Source: an uncultured bacterium
GTDB lineage: Bacteria > Acidobacteriota > Thermoanaerobaculia > Multivoradales > JAHZIX01
Direction of reading: 5' to 3'
Assembly (NCBI GenBank): GCA_965368975.1
Contig: CBDUPA010000011.1
Location: forward strand, 32,001 to 96,000
DNA: 64,000 bases
The notes beneath the pieces were generated by a model. That model was not told where the DNA came from and did no database searches. It was given only the letters and a program-made list of their open reading frames with translations. The first letter of the stretch is position 1, and each line of letters opens with the position of its first letter. Position numbers and translations under genes: made by a program. Shown in pieces: positions 49,633 through 60,080 of the stretch.

Positions 49633-50106
49633 ATGGTTCCAGTAGATTATTTGGGTAGAGCTTTGGCGTGCCTGCGCGAGAAACAGCACAAGACGCAGGA
49701 GCAAGTCGCAACCACCGCGGGTGTGACCGCTTCGATGATCTCCAACTATGAGCGGGGCAAGGAGAAGCCCTCCCTCGACTCTCTGTGGAAGATCCTCACG
49801 GCGCTCAACTGCACGCTCATCGACCTCGAAGCCGCACTGCGGTTCGTCCAGGGCGACCACTTCCCGGTTCACTGTGAGAACTGGCGCATCATCCTGGCGA
49901 GCGACGAGTACGAGACCGGTGTCACGGAGCCGCAGAGCATCGCCGATGCAGAGGCCAGCCTCGAGAAGATCCTCGGCTCGGGCCCCATCGGTGCCGACAT
50001 CGAGCGCGGCCTGGGATCGATCCTGCGGGGTATCATGCAGCTGTTTCCACTCAGTCTCGGCAAGACTCTGCCTGACTCCAAGGCCAAAGAGTCCAAAACG
50101 AAGTAG
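49633..50106 (+). CDS. XRE-family HTH transcriptional regulator
   Basis: LREKQHKTQEQVA..AGV..SMISNYERGKEKPS. Confidence 0.88.
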   Translation: MVPVDYLGRALACLREKQHKTQEQVATTAGVTASMISNYERGKEKPSLDSLWKILTALNCTLIDLEAALRFVQGDHFPVHCENWRIILASDEYETGVTEPQSIADAEASLEKILGSGPIGADIERGLGSILRGIMQLFPLSLGKTLPDSKAKESKTK

Positions 50107-50234
50107 CGCTTCGTCTGCTCTGAACCTGTCGCCGCCCGCGACTGTTTGCGACGCCGTGGAAGGTGGCATGCTCGCGCTTCTTCTGCCCTGGGCACACATC
50201 CGAATCTCGTCGATCTGAGGGTTCGCTGAGTATC

Positions 50235-50699
50235 ATGACTGAACACGAGCACGGCACGGAATCGAGCACCTCGCGGCCGCCAGCCTTCGAGGGCCTCGGC
50301 AAGGCGCTACGGTGGTTGCGTGAAAAGCAACACAAGAAGCAGTACGAGATCGCCGAGTCGGCGGGCATCACCAAGGCAATGCTGAGTGCCTACGAGACCG
50401 GCAAGCAGAAGCCAACGCTCGACACGCTGGAGAAGATCCTGGCGGCCCTGGAGGTCGACCTCGGAGATCTCTTCGATACCTTGCAGGTGGTCAACGAGCG
50501 TCCAGAGCAGATGCGCTACCGTCGTGCAGTCGTCGACGAGCGGACCGACGACTACTTTGGAGACGATTTCATCGACATCGATGCGCGCCGCATCCTCGGT
50601 GAACCGGGGCTCGATCCGCGGGAAGAAGCCGCGCTCAGCGAGATGATCCGAGGCTACTATCGCTGGTTGCGCTTCCTGCGCCGCCGCATGCGAACCTGA
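50235..50699 (+). CDS. XRE-family HTH transcriptional regulator (paralog of the previous gene)
   Basis: LREKQHKKQYEIA..AGI..AMLSAYETGKQKPT. Confidence 0.88.
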   Translation: MTEHEHGTESSTSRPPAFEGLGKALRWLREKQHKKQYEIAESAGITKAMLSAYETGKQKPTLDTLEKILAALEVDLGDLFDTLQVVNERPEQMRYRRAVVDERTDDYFGDDFIDIDARRILGEPGLDPREEAALSEMIRGYYRWLRFLRRRMRT

Positions 50700-50727
50700 C
50701 GGCAGCCCTGGGCGAGCACGGACGATT

Positions 50728-50760
50728 CGACGGGAAGAAACATCCCGTCGTTCGTGTTTT
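50728..50760 (+). terminator. Possible intrinsic terminator after the XRE pair
   Basis: CGACGGGA-7 nt-TCCCGTCG followed by TTCGTGTTTT. Confidence 0.45.
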
Positions 50761-50931
50761 AGGTGACCAGACGCTTCCTCGAACCAGCGTACCTGGAGAT
50801 CACCAGCTGTCGAGAGACCCAGGCTCGACCCGCCGTGGTCATCTCTGGAGCGCTCCCAAGCCGAGGTGAGGAGTAGCCTCATCACGACCGCGTGCTCAGG
50901 CTCGCCTCAACCTCCGGCGTGATGAGAACTG

Positions 50932-53193
50932 ATGGAGTTGAAGATGAAGATCCACAGGCCAATCCGTGATCTGCTGTCGTTGGCTTCGGCGGCGGTACTG
51001 TTAGCGAGTATTCTTGCAACTACCGATGTGGCCGAGGCTAGCACCAACGACGCCTACCTGCGTTGTGAGCCGGAGCCGGCCATCCAGGCACTGCTGGAAC
51101 GATCGGAGGCGCTGCAAGAGAATTGCGTGATCGGCGGCCGGGAACTGTGCTGGCGCAAGGCAGAAGAGATGCTCCGTCCAGCGCTCGAGGCTCTGCCCAG
51201 GGACTACTTCCTGCAGCGTCACTACCAGAGCCTGTTCAACCTTCCGTTCGGCATGCCGCTGGAGGCCTATGCGCGGCTGCCCGAGCTCGAGAAGCGCTAC
51301 GCTGACCTGGCCGAGCAGCGTCCGGACGATGCAGTGTTCCTCGACCTCTACGCCCACATATTGCCGTTGGAGGACCCTCACCGCGAGCAGCTCTTGCGTC
51401 GAGCCGCCGGGCTGGCACCGGGTTCGCCGTGGGCGCAGCGGGCGCTCGTGGAACTGGCGCTGCGGGTCGACGAGAGTGAAGAGCCGGACCTCGATATGGT
51501 GCGGACGGCGCTGCGGCGGTTCCTGGACCTGTGTCCGGCACGGCTGGATGTTGTGGGTCACCTCTATCGCAAGCTACCGGAGGTCGACTTCTGGAGCAGA
51601 CCGATCGAGGCGGCAAGCGGGATCTTCAGCGCCGAGCCGGCGCGTCACTGGCAGCGCCTCGACTCGCTGTGGCACTTGCAGTTCAAGGTTACCGGAGCGG
51701 CCCAGCATCCGGCGCTGCGCGAACGCATCCGCGGCGACGTTGAACAGCTCGAAGCCCTCGAACTGCAAAACGATGACCGTTGGTGGCACGTGCTACAGGT
51801 CGGATACGAACTCGCCGGAGATACCGAACGATCCGCAGACATCGAAGCCACCCTCGCCGAGCGCGAACCCTGTGGTAAGCCTCTGATGGAAGCCATTATC
51901 GGGCGAGGTCGTGAGCAGATGCTGGCTCGGCAGCAGGAAGATTTCGACGAGGACGCTCAGTTGCGCGCCGACCGCGAGTACTTCGGCGACTGGCTGGAAC
52001 GTTGTCCGAGCAGCCCGATCGTGCTCCGCGAGTACCTGGCCCCACTGAGTCAGCTGGAGGACGTAGAGCCAGTGTTGCTGGTGGAGTTGGGCGAGCGGCT
52101 GCTAGAACTGAGTGCCCACCAGTCCACTCTGGTGGAACTGACGGTTGCCGCCATGTGGCAGCGCAAAGGTGTGCAGCAAGAACGACTGCCGGCGCTTCTG
52201 CGCACGAGCGAGAGCAAGTTGCAGCGCACCGAGGAGTTGCTCGCCGAGCTCGACTTGGAGCGCATTCCCGAGTACCAGCGCGAACGCCTGCTGACACAGC
52301 AAGAGCGCATCGGCTGGCACGCGCGCAGCTCACTGGCGCGCCAGTGGGCACAGCTCGGCAACTTCGCGCGGAGCCATGAACTGCTGCAGCAGCTACAGCG
52401 TCGCCTCAAGGTCGAACAGGCGGCAGCGGCGGCGCAGACCGAGGCCGAGCCGGAGTCATCGCCCGCCCTCGATCTCACCTACTATGAGCAGATGGTCTGG
52501 ACCACCTTCGCCGATGTCGCAGAGCTCGAAGAGCGCTTCGTCGATGCTGCTGTCTACCTGCGGCGAGTCCACGCCATACGGCCACAGGCCGAAGTGGCGG
52601 AGCGGGCCCAGGAGTTGTGGATACAGGGTGGCGGCAGCGAGCCAGCGTGGACCGCACTGGACAAGCTCGGCGATCTCGCCGCACCCGAGAGCGATCCACT
52701 AGCCGAGCTGGCAGAACTGACGGAGTGGACCCCGCAGGAGAAGCCCTTGCCCGCATTCGAACTCACCGATGTGAGCGGCCACAAGTGGACCCTGAGCGAA
52801 CTGCAGGGCAAGACTATCTTCGTCAACTTCTGGGCAACCTGGTGTTTTCCCTGTGTGCAGGAGCTTCCCCTCGTCCAGGAGCTGAACGAGCAGCTGGCAG
52901 AGCGGGATGACGTGGTGCTCGTCACCCTCAATGTCGACGACAACGCGGGCTTGGTGGCACCGTTCCTGGAGAAGAACGAGTACGACTTCCCGGTGCTTCT
53001 CGGCGTTTCGTACTTCGACCAGATCGGAGGTGGCAGCATTCCGCGCAACTGGGTCATCGACGGCCAGGGGACGCTGCGCGCCGAGTCGGTGGGCTACTCC
53101 TCGAGGATCACCCAGGAACAATGGTTGGATGCCGTGCATCAACAGCTACAAGCAGCCAGTGCTGAAGACGCTGCTGGTGCTGGCGACGATTGA
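50932..53193 (+). CDS. Secreted helical-repeat protein with C-terminal TlpA-type thioredoxin domain
   Basis: Signal peptide; VNFWATWCFPC and SIPRNWVID motifs. Confidence 0.85.
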   Translation: MELKMKIHRPIRDLLSLASAAVLLASILATTDVAEASTNDAYLRCEPEPAIQALLERSEALQENCVIGGRELCWRKAEEMLRPALEALPRDYFLQRHYQSLFNLPFGMPLEAYARLPELEKRYADLAEQRPDDAVFLDLYAHILPLEDPHREQLLRRAAGLAPGSPWAQRALVELALRVDESEEPDLDMVRTALRRFLDLCPARLDVVGHLYRKLPEVDFWSRPIEAASGIFSAEPARHWQRLDSLWHLQFKVTGAAQHPALRERIRGDVEQLEALELQNDDRWWHVLQVGYELAGDTERSADIEATLAEREPCGKPLMEAIIGRGREQMLARQQEDFDEDAQLRADREYFGDWLERCPSSPIVLREYLAPLSQLEDVEPVLLVELGERLLELSAHQSTLVELTVAAMWQRKGVQQERLPALLRTSESKLQRTEELLAELDLERIPEYQRERLLTQQERIGWHARSSLARQWAQLGNFARSHELLQQLQRRLKVEQAAAAAQTEAEPESSPALDLTYYEQMVWTTFADVAELEERFVDAAVYLRRVHAIRPQAEVAERAQELWIQGGGSEPAWTALDKLGDLAAPESDPLAELAELTEWTPQEKPLPAFELTDVSGHKWTLSELQGKTIFVNFWATWCFPCVQELPLVQELNEQLAERDDVVLVTLNVDDNAGLVAPFLEKNEYDFPVLLGVSYFDQIGGGSIPRNWVIDGQGTLRAESVGYSSRITQEQWLDAVHQQLQAASAEDAAGAGDD

Positions 53194-53320
53194 CCTGACC
53201 GCGCGACCGAGCCCAGCGCAAGACAGAACCGCGAGCAAGCTGGGAAACGCTCGCCAGATGAGCCGGCCCGGTGGGAGCCCCCGCTGGGCTTGCTTGCTTT
53301 TTTCCCTCCACGACACAATA

Positions 53321-53393
53321 GTCTCTCGGCACACCGGTCTCTCGGCACACCGGTCTCTCGGCACACCGGTCTCTCGGCACACCGGTCTCTCGG
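53321..53393. repeat. Perfect 16-bp tandem repeat, about 4.5 copies
   Basis: (GTCTCTCGGCACACCG)x4 + GTCTCTCGG, intergenic. Confidence 0.95.
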
Positions 53394-53563
53394 TATCTGC
53401 CGACGGCCGCCTTCCACCTAGCCCTCGCCGAGCCTGTGTAGCAGCTGAGTGTCGCAGCTGAAGTGTCGCCGCCTATTAGGGAACCTCTGACGCGTCGCGT
53501 GCGTACCTTGTTCGCGGGTGCGGTGCGCATCGTGTCGGCGCTTCCGTCCAGGAGTTCTACTTC

Positions 53564-54739
53564 GTGACTACCAAGTTCGTCCGTCTGCAGCAGCTCGACA
53601 AGCGCTTCGGCGACCTCACCGTGCTGCACCGCGTCCAGCTCGACGTCCGCGAGGGCGAGGTGCTGGCCTTGCTTGGCCCCAGCGGCAGTGGCAAAACGAC
53701 GTGCCTGCGTCTGCTCGCTGGTTTCGAGACGCCGGACCACGGACGCATCGAGGTCGGTGGTGAGGATGTCACCAACTTGCCGCCAGCCAAGCGGGCGTTC
53801 GGCATGGTCTTCCAGCACTACGCGCTGTTTCCGCACCTGAGCGTGGGTGAGAACGTTGCCTTTGGCCTCGAGACTCGCGGTTGGAGCCGCCAACGCATCG
53901 CCACGCGGGTCGAGGAGATGCTGGAGGTCGTCGACCTGCCCGGCTTCCAGGATCGGCGCCTGGGTCAGGTCTCGGGCGGTCAGCAGCAGCGCGTGGCCCT
54001 GGCGCGCGCGCTGGCGCCGGAGCCGCGTCTGCTGCTGCTCGATGAACCCCTGTCCAACCTCGATCCCTCCCTGCGGGAGCGCACCCGTCTGCAGCTGCGT
54101 CGTACGATCGACCGCGTCGGCATCACCACCGTCCTGGTGACGCACGAGCAAGAAGAAGCCTTCGATCTAGGCGACCGCGTTGCCGTCCTGCACGGGGGCC
54201 GCCTGCAGCAGGTCGCGACTCCCGAAGAACTCTACACCCGACCGGCGACCCGCTTCGTCGCCACCTTCATCGGGCGCTCCAACACGCTACCGGGGCAGCT
54301 GCGCGCCCGGCCGGACGGTGCCGCGGGTGGCAGGGTCGAGGTGGCCCTGGGAGATGCCACCTGGACCTGGCAGGTGCCGGCCGAAGAGCCTCGCGACGCG
54401 CCCCCCGCGGGCCTAGCGGGTCCGGAAGAGATCCCCGTCAAAGGCCCAGTCGATATCGTCGTGCGACCCGAAGCGCTCAGCTTCGCCGCTGTGGATGCCC
54501 CCAATGCACTGCCGGGTCAAGTCGTGCACCGGCGCTATGCGGGGCCGATCTCCTATTTCCACGTGCGTCTGGACCCCTGGGTGTCTTCGCCGGGAGGCTC
54601 GGCACGAGCGACGAAAGATGTCGAAGTGTTGGCGCCGGCGGTCGCGGCCCGAGCCGGTGACCGAGTCGGTGTGGTGCTGGCGGCAGAGATCGACGATGCG
54701 GTACGGCCGCGGCTGTTCACGCCGGAGGACACCGCTTGA
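53564..54739 (+). CDS. ABC ATP-binding protein, FbpC/PotA family
   Basis: GPSGSGKT, VFQHYALFPH, SGGQQQR, LLDEP; TOBE-like tail. Confidence 0.92.
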   Translation: MTTKFVRLQQLDKRFGDLTVLHRVQLDVREGEVLALLGPSGSGKTTCLRLLAGFETPDHGRIEVGGEDVTNLPPAKRAFGMVFQHYALFPHLSVGENVAFGLETRGWSRQRIATRVEEMLEVVDLPGFQDRRLGQVSGGQQQRVALARALAPEPRLLLLDEPLSNLDPSLRERTRLQLRRTIDRVGITTVLVTHEQEEAFDLGDRVAVLHGGRLQQVATPEELYTRPATRFVATFIGRSNTLPGQLRARPDGAAGGRVEVALGDATWTWQVPAEEPRDAPPAGLAGPEEIPVKGPVDIVVRPEALSFAAVDAPNALPGQVVHRRYAGPISYFHVRLDPWVSSPGGSARATKDVEVLAPAVAARAGDRVGVVLAAEIDDAVRPRLFTPEDTA

Positions 54740-56415
54740 GCGGGCATGCCGCTAGCTGGCGCACCGCCGGCTGGGTGCGTCCGGCGGCCTGGGGGCTGAC
54801 GGCCTTCCTGGCGTGGCTCGTTGGCTACCCGCTGCTGATCACCATCGCCGAAGCCTTCGGTGGTGCCGGCTCCTGGACCACCGAGTACCTGCGCGCTTTC
54901 TTCGAGCGCAGCGACGAATGGCTGGCTCTGTGGCGCAGCCTGTGGGTGTCGGTGGCGTCGGTAGTGCTGGCTGCGCTGCTCGGCGTGCCACTGGCCTTTC
55001 TCTTCGAGCGCACGGAGTTCCCCGGTAGCCGGGTGATCGGTGCTCTGGTCGCCATGCCGGTCGCGTTGCCACCGCTGGTCGGCGTCATCGCTTTCCTCTT
55101 CCTGTACGGCGAGAGCGGCTTCCTGGCGCACGGCGTGCGCGCGCTCTTCAATCTCCAGCAGACGCCCTGGCGTCTCGGTGGTCCGGTGGCCATCCTGCTG
55201 GTGCACACGTACTCGATGTACGTCTACTTCTACCTCTTCACCCGTGCCGGCCTGGCGCGTCTGGACCGCAGCCTGCCGGAAGCTGCGGCCAGTCTCGGTG
55301 CCGGTGGCTGGCGTACCCTCTGGCGCGTCACACTTCCCATGCTGCGCCCGGCGCTGGCTGGCGCCACACTGCTCACCTTCATGACCTCGCTGGCGTCCTT
55401 CTCGGCACCCTACATCTTTGGTGGTGGGTATCGGTTGATGACGACGCAGATCGTCGCCTCGAAGCTGAACGGCGAGATCGAGATGGCGCGCGTCGAGACG
55501 GTGATGCTGGCGTTGCTGGCCCTACTGGCTCTGGCGCTGATCCGCAAGCTGGATCCGGGGGATGACCTCAGCGGCACCGTACGTGGTGTGGCACCGGTGC
55601 GCCGAAGGTTGCGCCGGCCGTGGCTGCGCTGGAGCGCCGCCGTCACGGGCTGGGGCCTGGCGTTGCTACTCCTCCTGCCGCATGCGACGCTGCTGCTGCT
55701 CTCCTTCGTCCCCGCCGGCACCTGGACCATCCAGGCGTTGCCGCCAGAGCTCGCCTGGGTCAACTACTCGGAACTCTTCTCCGATGCCGATCGCCTGCGG
55801 CCGCTGGTCAACTCGTTGTGGATGGCCGCCGCCGCGACGGTCGGGGCGCTGGCCCTGGGTCTTGCCTCGGCGCGTCTGGCGGTCACCGTACGCGGCCGCC
55901 TGGGGCGCGCGCTGGAAGCCCTGGTGGCGCTGCCGTGGGCGATCCCCGGTACCGTCTTCGCTATCGCGCTGGCCACCACCTTCAACGTCGACGCCCCGGA
56001 GGTCGGGCGCTTCCTGCTAATTGGCACGCCGTGGCTGCTGCCGCTGGCCTACTTGTTGCGCAATCTGCCGCTCACCGGCCGTAGTGCGCTCTCCGGCCTG
56101 CGTCAGCTCGACGCCACCCTCGAAGAGGCCGCGGCGTCGCTGGGTGCCGGCCGTTGGCGTATCTTGTTGCGTGTCGTGCTACCGATGGTGCGGCCGGCAT
56201 TGGCTGCCGGTGGCAGTCTTGCCTTCATTACCGCGCTCGGGGACTTCGTCACCTCGATCGTGCTCTACACGTTCTCCAATCGACCTATCTCGATGGAGAT
56301 CCTCGACAGTCTGCGGCGGCAAGATACCGGCCTCGCCGCGGCCTACGGTGTGGTGCTGATGTTCGTCAGCGCCACTGCCTTCGTACTCTGGGGCCGGGGG
56401 GAGCGCGTCGAATGA
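54736..56415 (+). CDS. ABC permease, FbpB (Fe3+)-type with two EAA loops
   Basis: Two EAAASLGA motifs, about 12 TMs. Confidence 0.9.
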   Translation: MSGHAASWRTAGWVRPAAWGLTAFLAWLVGYPLLITIAEAFGGAGSWTTEYLRAFFERSDEWLALWRSLWVSVASVVLAALLGVPLAFLFERTEFPGSRVIGALVAMPVALPPLVGVIAFLFLYGESGFLAHGVRALFNLQQTPWRLGGPVAILLVHTYSMYVYFYLFTRAGLARLDRSLPEAAASLGAGGWRTLWRVTLPMLRPALAGATLLTFMTSLASFSAPYIFGGGYRLMTTQIVASKLNGEIEMARVETVMLALLALLALALIRKLDPGDDLSGTVRGVAPVRRRLRRPWLRWSAAVTGWGLALLLLLPHATLLLLSFVPAGTWTIQALPPELAWVNYSELFSDADRLRPLVNSLWMAAAATVGALALGLASARLAVTVRGRLGRALEALVALPWAIPGTVFAIALATTFNVDAPEVGRFLLIGTPWLLPLAYLLRNLPLTGRSALSGLRQLDATLEEAAASLGAGRWRILLRVVLPMVRPALAAGGSLAFITALGDFVTSIVLYTFSNRPISMEILDSLRRQDTGLAAAYGVVLMFVSATAFVLWGRGERVE

Positions 56416-57719
56416 GTTCCGGCCCCAAGCCCGCCCCAGTCTCTGGTAACCAGCAGGCTGCTGCTACCCCAAAGAGCTCTGGAGGCAAGAAGCGCAACGG
56501 TGGCGCCCCCAGGCAGCTGTGGGTGCTCATGATGATCGTTTTCGTCGACATGATGGGCGCCTTGATCGTCATGCCACTGCTGCCGTACTACGCCGAGAAT
56601 TTCCAGGCGGACGGCTTCACGATCGGCCTGCTGACATCGGTATTCGCCGCCGCGCAAATGTTCAGTGCCCCGTTCTGGGGTCAGCTCTCGGACCGCTACG
56701 GCCGCCGTCCCATTCTGCTCGTTGGCCTGATCGCCTCGGCGATCGCCTATGTTTTCTTCGGCCTTGCCACCGGCCTGTGGATGCTCTTTGTCACCCGTGT
56801 CATGCAGGGCACGGGAGCCGGCACCATCGGCGTCGTACAGGCCTACGTCGCCGACTCGGTGGAAGCCTCTGAACGCTCCAAGGCTCTAGGCTGGACCACT
56901 GCCGCTGCCAGTGCCGGTGTCACCATTGGGCCGCTGATCGGTTCCGCGCTGTCGCCTCTGGGTGCTGAAGCCCCCGGCCTCTTCGCTGCCGGCCTGTGCC
57001 TGCTCAACCTCGCCTTTGCCTGGCGCCTGCTGCCGGAGTCTTCGGCCAAGGGGGGCACGAGGGAGCGCACGTCCCTGTGGCGCTCGGCTGGCCAGGTCGT
57101 GGCCCATCCGACTCATCCGGTCAGCTCGCTGATCTGGATCTACACCGTGGCCATGATGGCTTTCATGGCTTTGAGCGCCATGATGGGGCTGTACCTGATG
57201 GAACGCTTCGATATCACCGAGCAGCAGATCGGCTTCTTCTACACGCTGCTTGGCGGTATCTCGGTGGTCATGCGTGCCGTGTTGCTCGGTCCGATCGTCG
57301 ACCACCTCGGTGAACCGCGTGCGATGCGCGCCGGGGCGGTTTGTATGACCGTCGGTTTTCTACTAGCCCCCCTGGCATCCAGCGTTTCCGCTTTCCTGAT
57401 GGTGATTCCGTTGATCCCGATCGGTACGGCGATGCTCTTCCCGGTGTCGACCTCGCTGTTGTCGCAGCGTTCGGACCAGACCTTGGTCGGACAGACTCTC
57501 GGCGTGCAGCAATTCTTTCGCGGCATCGCGGGCATCCTTGGGCCGGGTGTCGCCGGTGCCGTCTACGAGGCATCGCGCGACGCCTACGTCGGCACGGACT
57601 ACGCTGGCGTCAGCCTGGGCGCCCCGTTCTTCCTCGCCGGTGCGGTGATGGTGCTGGTCGCCGTCGGCACGCTGTTCGTTCAGAAGCACGCGAGCCGGCA
57701 TGCAGACCAACGAAAGTAG
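56412..57719 (+). CDS. MFS transporter (TetA/DHA1-like)
   Basis: Motif [12 protein letters not shown]; about 12 TMs. Confidence 0.9.
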   Translation: MSSGPKPAPVSGNQQAAATPKSSGGKKRNGGAPRQLWVLMMIVFVDMMGALIVMPLLPYYAENFQADGFTIGLLTSVFAAAQMFSAPFWGQLSDRYGRRPILLVGLIASAIAYVFFGLATGLWMLFVTRVMQGTGAGTIGVVQAYVADSVEASERSKALGWTTAAASAGVTIGPLIGSALSPLGAEAPGLFAAGLCLLNLAFAWRLLPESSAKGGTRERTSLWRSAGQVVAHPTHPVSSLIWIYTVAMMAFMALSAMMGLYLMERFDITEQQIGFFYTLLGGISVVMRAVLLGPIVDHLGEPRAMRAGAVCMTVGFLLAPLASSVSAFLMVIPLIPIGTAMLFPVSTSLLSQRSDQTLVGQTLGVQQFFRGIAGILGPGVAGAVYEASRDAYVGTDYAGVSLGAPFFLAGAVMVLVAVGTLFVQKHASRHADQRK

Positions 57720-57757
57720 GGGAAGTAGCCGAGGCAGAGGTAGCGCAGGGTACACGC

Positions 57758-57783
57758 AAAAAAGCCGCGCTGTCGAGCGCGGC
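57758..57783 (-). terminator. Intrinsic terminator for tRNA-fMet
   Basis: Minus strand GCCGCGCT-CGAC-AGCGCGGC-TTTTTT. Confidence 0.85.
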
Positions 57784-57793
57784 CTTCGCAGGG

Positions 57794-57877
<84 letters not shown>

Positions 57878-58116
57878 TCACCGTTTTCAAAGGGCGGCGA
57901 ATCGAGAGAACCCGTGCGCCGCCGGAAGGGAGATAATCTCACAGGATGGGGGACGCGTCAAGTCCACATCGCATCAGGTCGTGTCCTAACAGCTGTTGGC
58001 GGAGGGAGTCGTGATGGCCAAGAGTAGCGCGGGATCCGTCTCACGTCGTTTCGGTACACTCTACAGTTACACAGCTCGGTGTGGGGCCGGGACTGGGTAT
58101 CTGTGGGGGGTACAGG

Positions 58117-58908
58117 ATGGCAAGCGGTGGCAAGGTAGCATTTCGTCTGGTATCCGGTCTTCTGACGACCATTTTTCAGGCGCCTAAGAGGACTGGCACA
58201 CCCGTGCGATGGGCAATCTTGCTGGGCTTGGTAGGCGCCGGGATTTGGAGCGAGACTAGGGAGTTTCTCGTGAGTCACCCGACTGAAAGCGGCTTCGGAC
58301 TTTTCGCGATCGCCGCTGTGGCCTATGCATACGACCTCCAGGCACGCCTTGTTGGCCTTGATGGTGTCAGTTTGAAGTCTGCAACCGCACAGGCAAGGTA
58401 TGTAGAGATGTTGAAATTCAGCCCAGAAGGGGAGATTCGTAACATCCTCGCATGCACTGTTAGCTATCAACTGCTCAATACTTCTGGCGAAGTAGCCCAT
58501 TCCTTCCCGTTGGTCGAACTGGTTTCTATCTCGCCATCCAAAGCAACCAAGACCATCCAGGTGCAAGCAATCGATGCAAGCCTACGGAGCCGACCGCTAA
58601 CCAGTCGGGGTCTAGGCGACCTGCTGACGCAGGGCTACGAGATGATCTTGCATCCACGCCAGACTACCAACTTTGAGTATGGCGTCTGCTGGTCAAATGT
58701 AGATATGGAGCGACTAGCCAGGTCGGGCCGGCTCCATGTTCGGTTGACGCTTGAGATCGTCGGTCAAGAAAAAATTGTGAAGCTACTCAAACTGCCTGTT
58801 ACGCTACCGATGCTTGAGAAGTCGCCGCAGTCAGCAAATCCATCATCTTCCAAGGCCTTGCCACCACCCCCGCCTTCATTGCGGGAGTCATCCGGATCGA
58901 GCGGTTGA
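58117..58908 (+). CDS. Hypothetical membrane-anchored passenger protein
   Basis: Lower-GC ORF with two hydrophobic segments then a beta-rich domain; overlaps the transposase 3' end convergently. Confidence 0.55.
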   Translation: MASGGKVAFRLVSGLLTTIFQAPKRTGTPVRWAILLGLVGAGIWSETREFLVSHPTESGFGLFAIAAVAYAYDLQARLVGLDGVSLKSATAQARYVEMLKFSPEGEIRNILACTVSYQLLNTSGEVAHSFPLVELVSISPSKATKTIQVQAIDASLRSRPLTSRGLGDLLTQGYEMILHPRQTTNFEYGVCWSNVDMERLARSGRLHVRLTLEIVGQEKIVKLLKLPVTLPMLEKSPQSANPSSSKALPPPPPSLRESSGSSG

Positions 58909-59803
58909 ACTTGCACAGGTTGTAGTGTGCGAAGTGCAGGCCGAACGCGGCGCGCAGGTTCTCCCACTTCTTGGAGAAAGCGCAGGTCAGGCGCGTCATC
59001 CGCTTCATGTGGGTACGCGTCGTGAGGTTAAGCCGCTCAATGTGGCTGGTGCAGATGTCGGACTTCTCAGGGGCTCCGTGTACCGGGATCCGGGTGACGC
59101 CTATTATCGACGCCGGGGAGTACCGGCGCTGGTCTTCCTTCGTAGCAGCGGCGTAGTCCTTGATGATCTGGCCGTAGTCGACGCGGGTGCCGAGGTGGTA
59201 GTTCACGGCTTCCGTGTAGGCTTCGAGGCCATCTGAGGACAGCTGGAAGCGTCCGGCCGTGGCCTTGCTCAGGCGCTCGACGAAGGCGTCCGCGTCGCGG
59301 GCAGTGCGTTGGCCGAGGTGGTGCGTCAGCACGAGCTTGCTGTCACGGTCGACGGCGGCCCAAGACCAAGAATCGCCGAGGTACGGCGTCTGAAGCTGCT
59401 TGCGCTTCTTGGTCTTCTGCTTCATGCCCACGAAGCCCCATTGCTCGTCTACCTGCACGTTGCTGACCTGCACACCCTGCACCATCCGTTCGAGCAGATC
59501 GGCGCAGCGGTCGCCGACCGTGCGAAGCAGACGGCACACGGTATCGCGGTGCGTGCCGGTGATCCGCTCGACGCTGCGGATGCTCGACCCCTCGACCAGC
59601 AGCGACAGCACAAGCATGATGCGCTCCGCCGGCAGCCGGTGACCAGGCACCAGCGGCGCGGGGCGGTCGGCGAAGGTCGAGCCGCAATCCTTGCAGCGGA
59701 ACCGCTGGTGACCACTCGAATCCTTGCCCCAACGGACAACCGTCGAGCCGCTGCACTGCGGGCAGCTTGGCCGGGCTGTCTGGGTGTGGTTCGCGGTGGT
59801 CAT
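58799..59803 (-). CDS. IS1-family DDE transposase (single ORF)
   Basis: Zn ribbon CPQC...QRFRCKDC, HTH EGSSIRSVERITG, VDEQW, SSDG, TSHIERLNLT.R, RLT.AFSKK. Confidence 0.9.
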   Translation of the reverse strand: MTTANHTQTARPSCPQCSGSTVVRWGKDSSGHQRFRCKDCGSTFADRPAPLVPGHRLPAERIMLVLSLLVEGSSIRSVERITGTHRDTVCRLLRTVGDRCADLLERMVQGVQVSNVQVDEQWGFVGMKQKTKKRKQLQTPYLGDSWSWAAVDRDSKLVLTHHLGQRTARDADAFVERLSKATAGRFQLSSDGLEAYTEAVNYHLGTRVDYGQIIKDYAAATKEDQRRYSPASIIGVTRIPVHGAPEKSDICTSHIERLNLTTRTHMKRMTRLTCAFSKKWENLRAAFGLHFAHYNLCKFNRSIRMTPAMKAGVVARPWKMMDLLTAATSQASVA

Positions 59804-59827
59804 GGCTTCGTTCTCTCGACTGTCTTA

Positions 59828-59897
59828 ATTGTAGCCCCAATGGGACTACATAGTCAAGGGGTAGAGGTTGATTTTGTTGCCCCGATGGGACTACACT
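59828..59897. promoter_or_regulatory. Divergent promoters, each with a 21-bp dyad operator
   Basis: Minus: TTGACT-18-TACAAT; plus: TTGATT-18-TACACT; dyads TGTAGCCCCAATGGGACTACA (59830-59850) and TGTTGCCCCGATGGGACTACA (59875-59895). Confidence 0.75.
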
Positions 59898-59903
59898 CAC
59901 TGC

Positions 59904-60080
59904 ATGAGCGAGAAAGAAGAGAAACGGGCTCACTCGGCCTCCGTTCGGGTTCGACTGCTTCCAGAGCATGACGAGCTGATCCGCCAAGCGGCGGAGCACG
60001 CGGGGGTCAGTCTTTCGGATTGGATGCGGCTGGTGCTGCTCAAGGCAGCGCGGGAGGAGTTGGGGCAGGGCGGCGCGTAG
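59904..60080 (+). CDS. Ribbon-helix-helix (DUF1778/CopG-like) DNA-binding protein
   Basis: 58 aa: SVRVRL (ribbon), EHDELIRQAAEHAG, VSLSDWMR (helices). Confidence 0.8.
   Translation: MSEKEEKRAHSASVRVRLLPEHDELIRQAAEHAGVSLSDWMRLVLLKAAREELGQGGA

Noticed and set aside
53321-53393. CRISPR array
   Set aside because: Units are contiguous 16-mers with no spacers, and no cas genes are present
58799-59803. IS1 programmed -1 frameshift (InsA/InsB)
   Set aside because: Zn ribbon, HTH and DDE regions are all in one continuous frame
59904-60080. Antitoxin of a DUF1778-GNAT type II TA pair
   Set aside because: No GNAT or other toxin ORF follows it on the + strand
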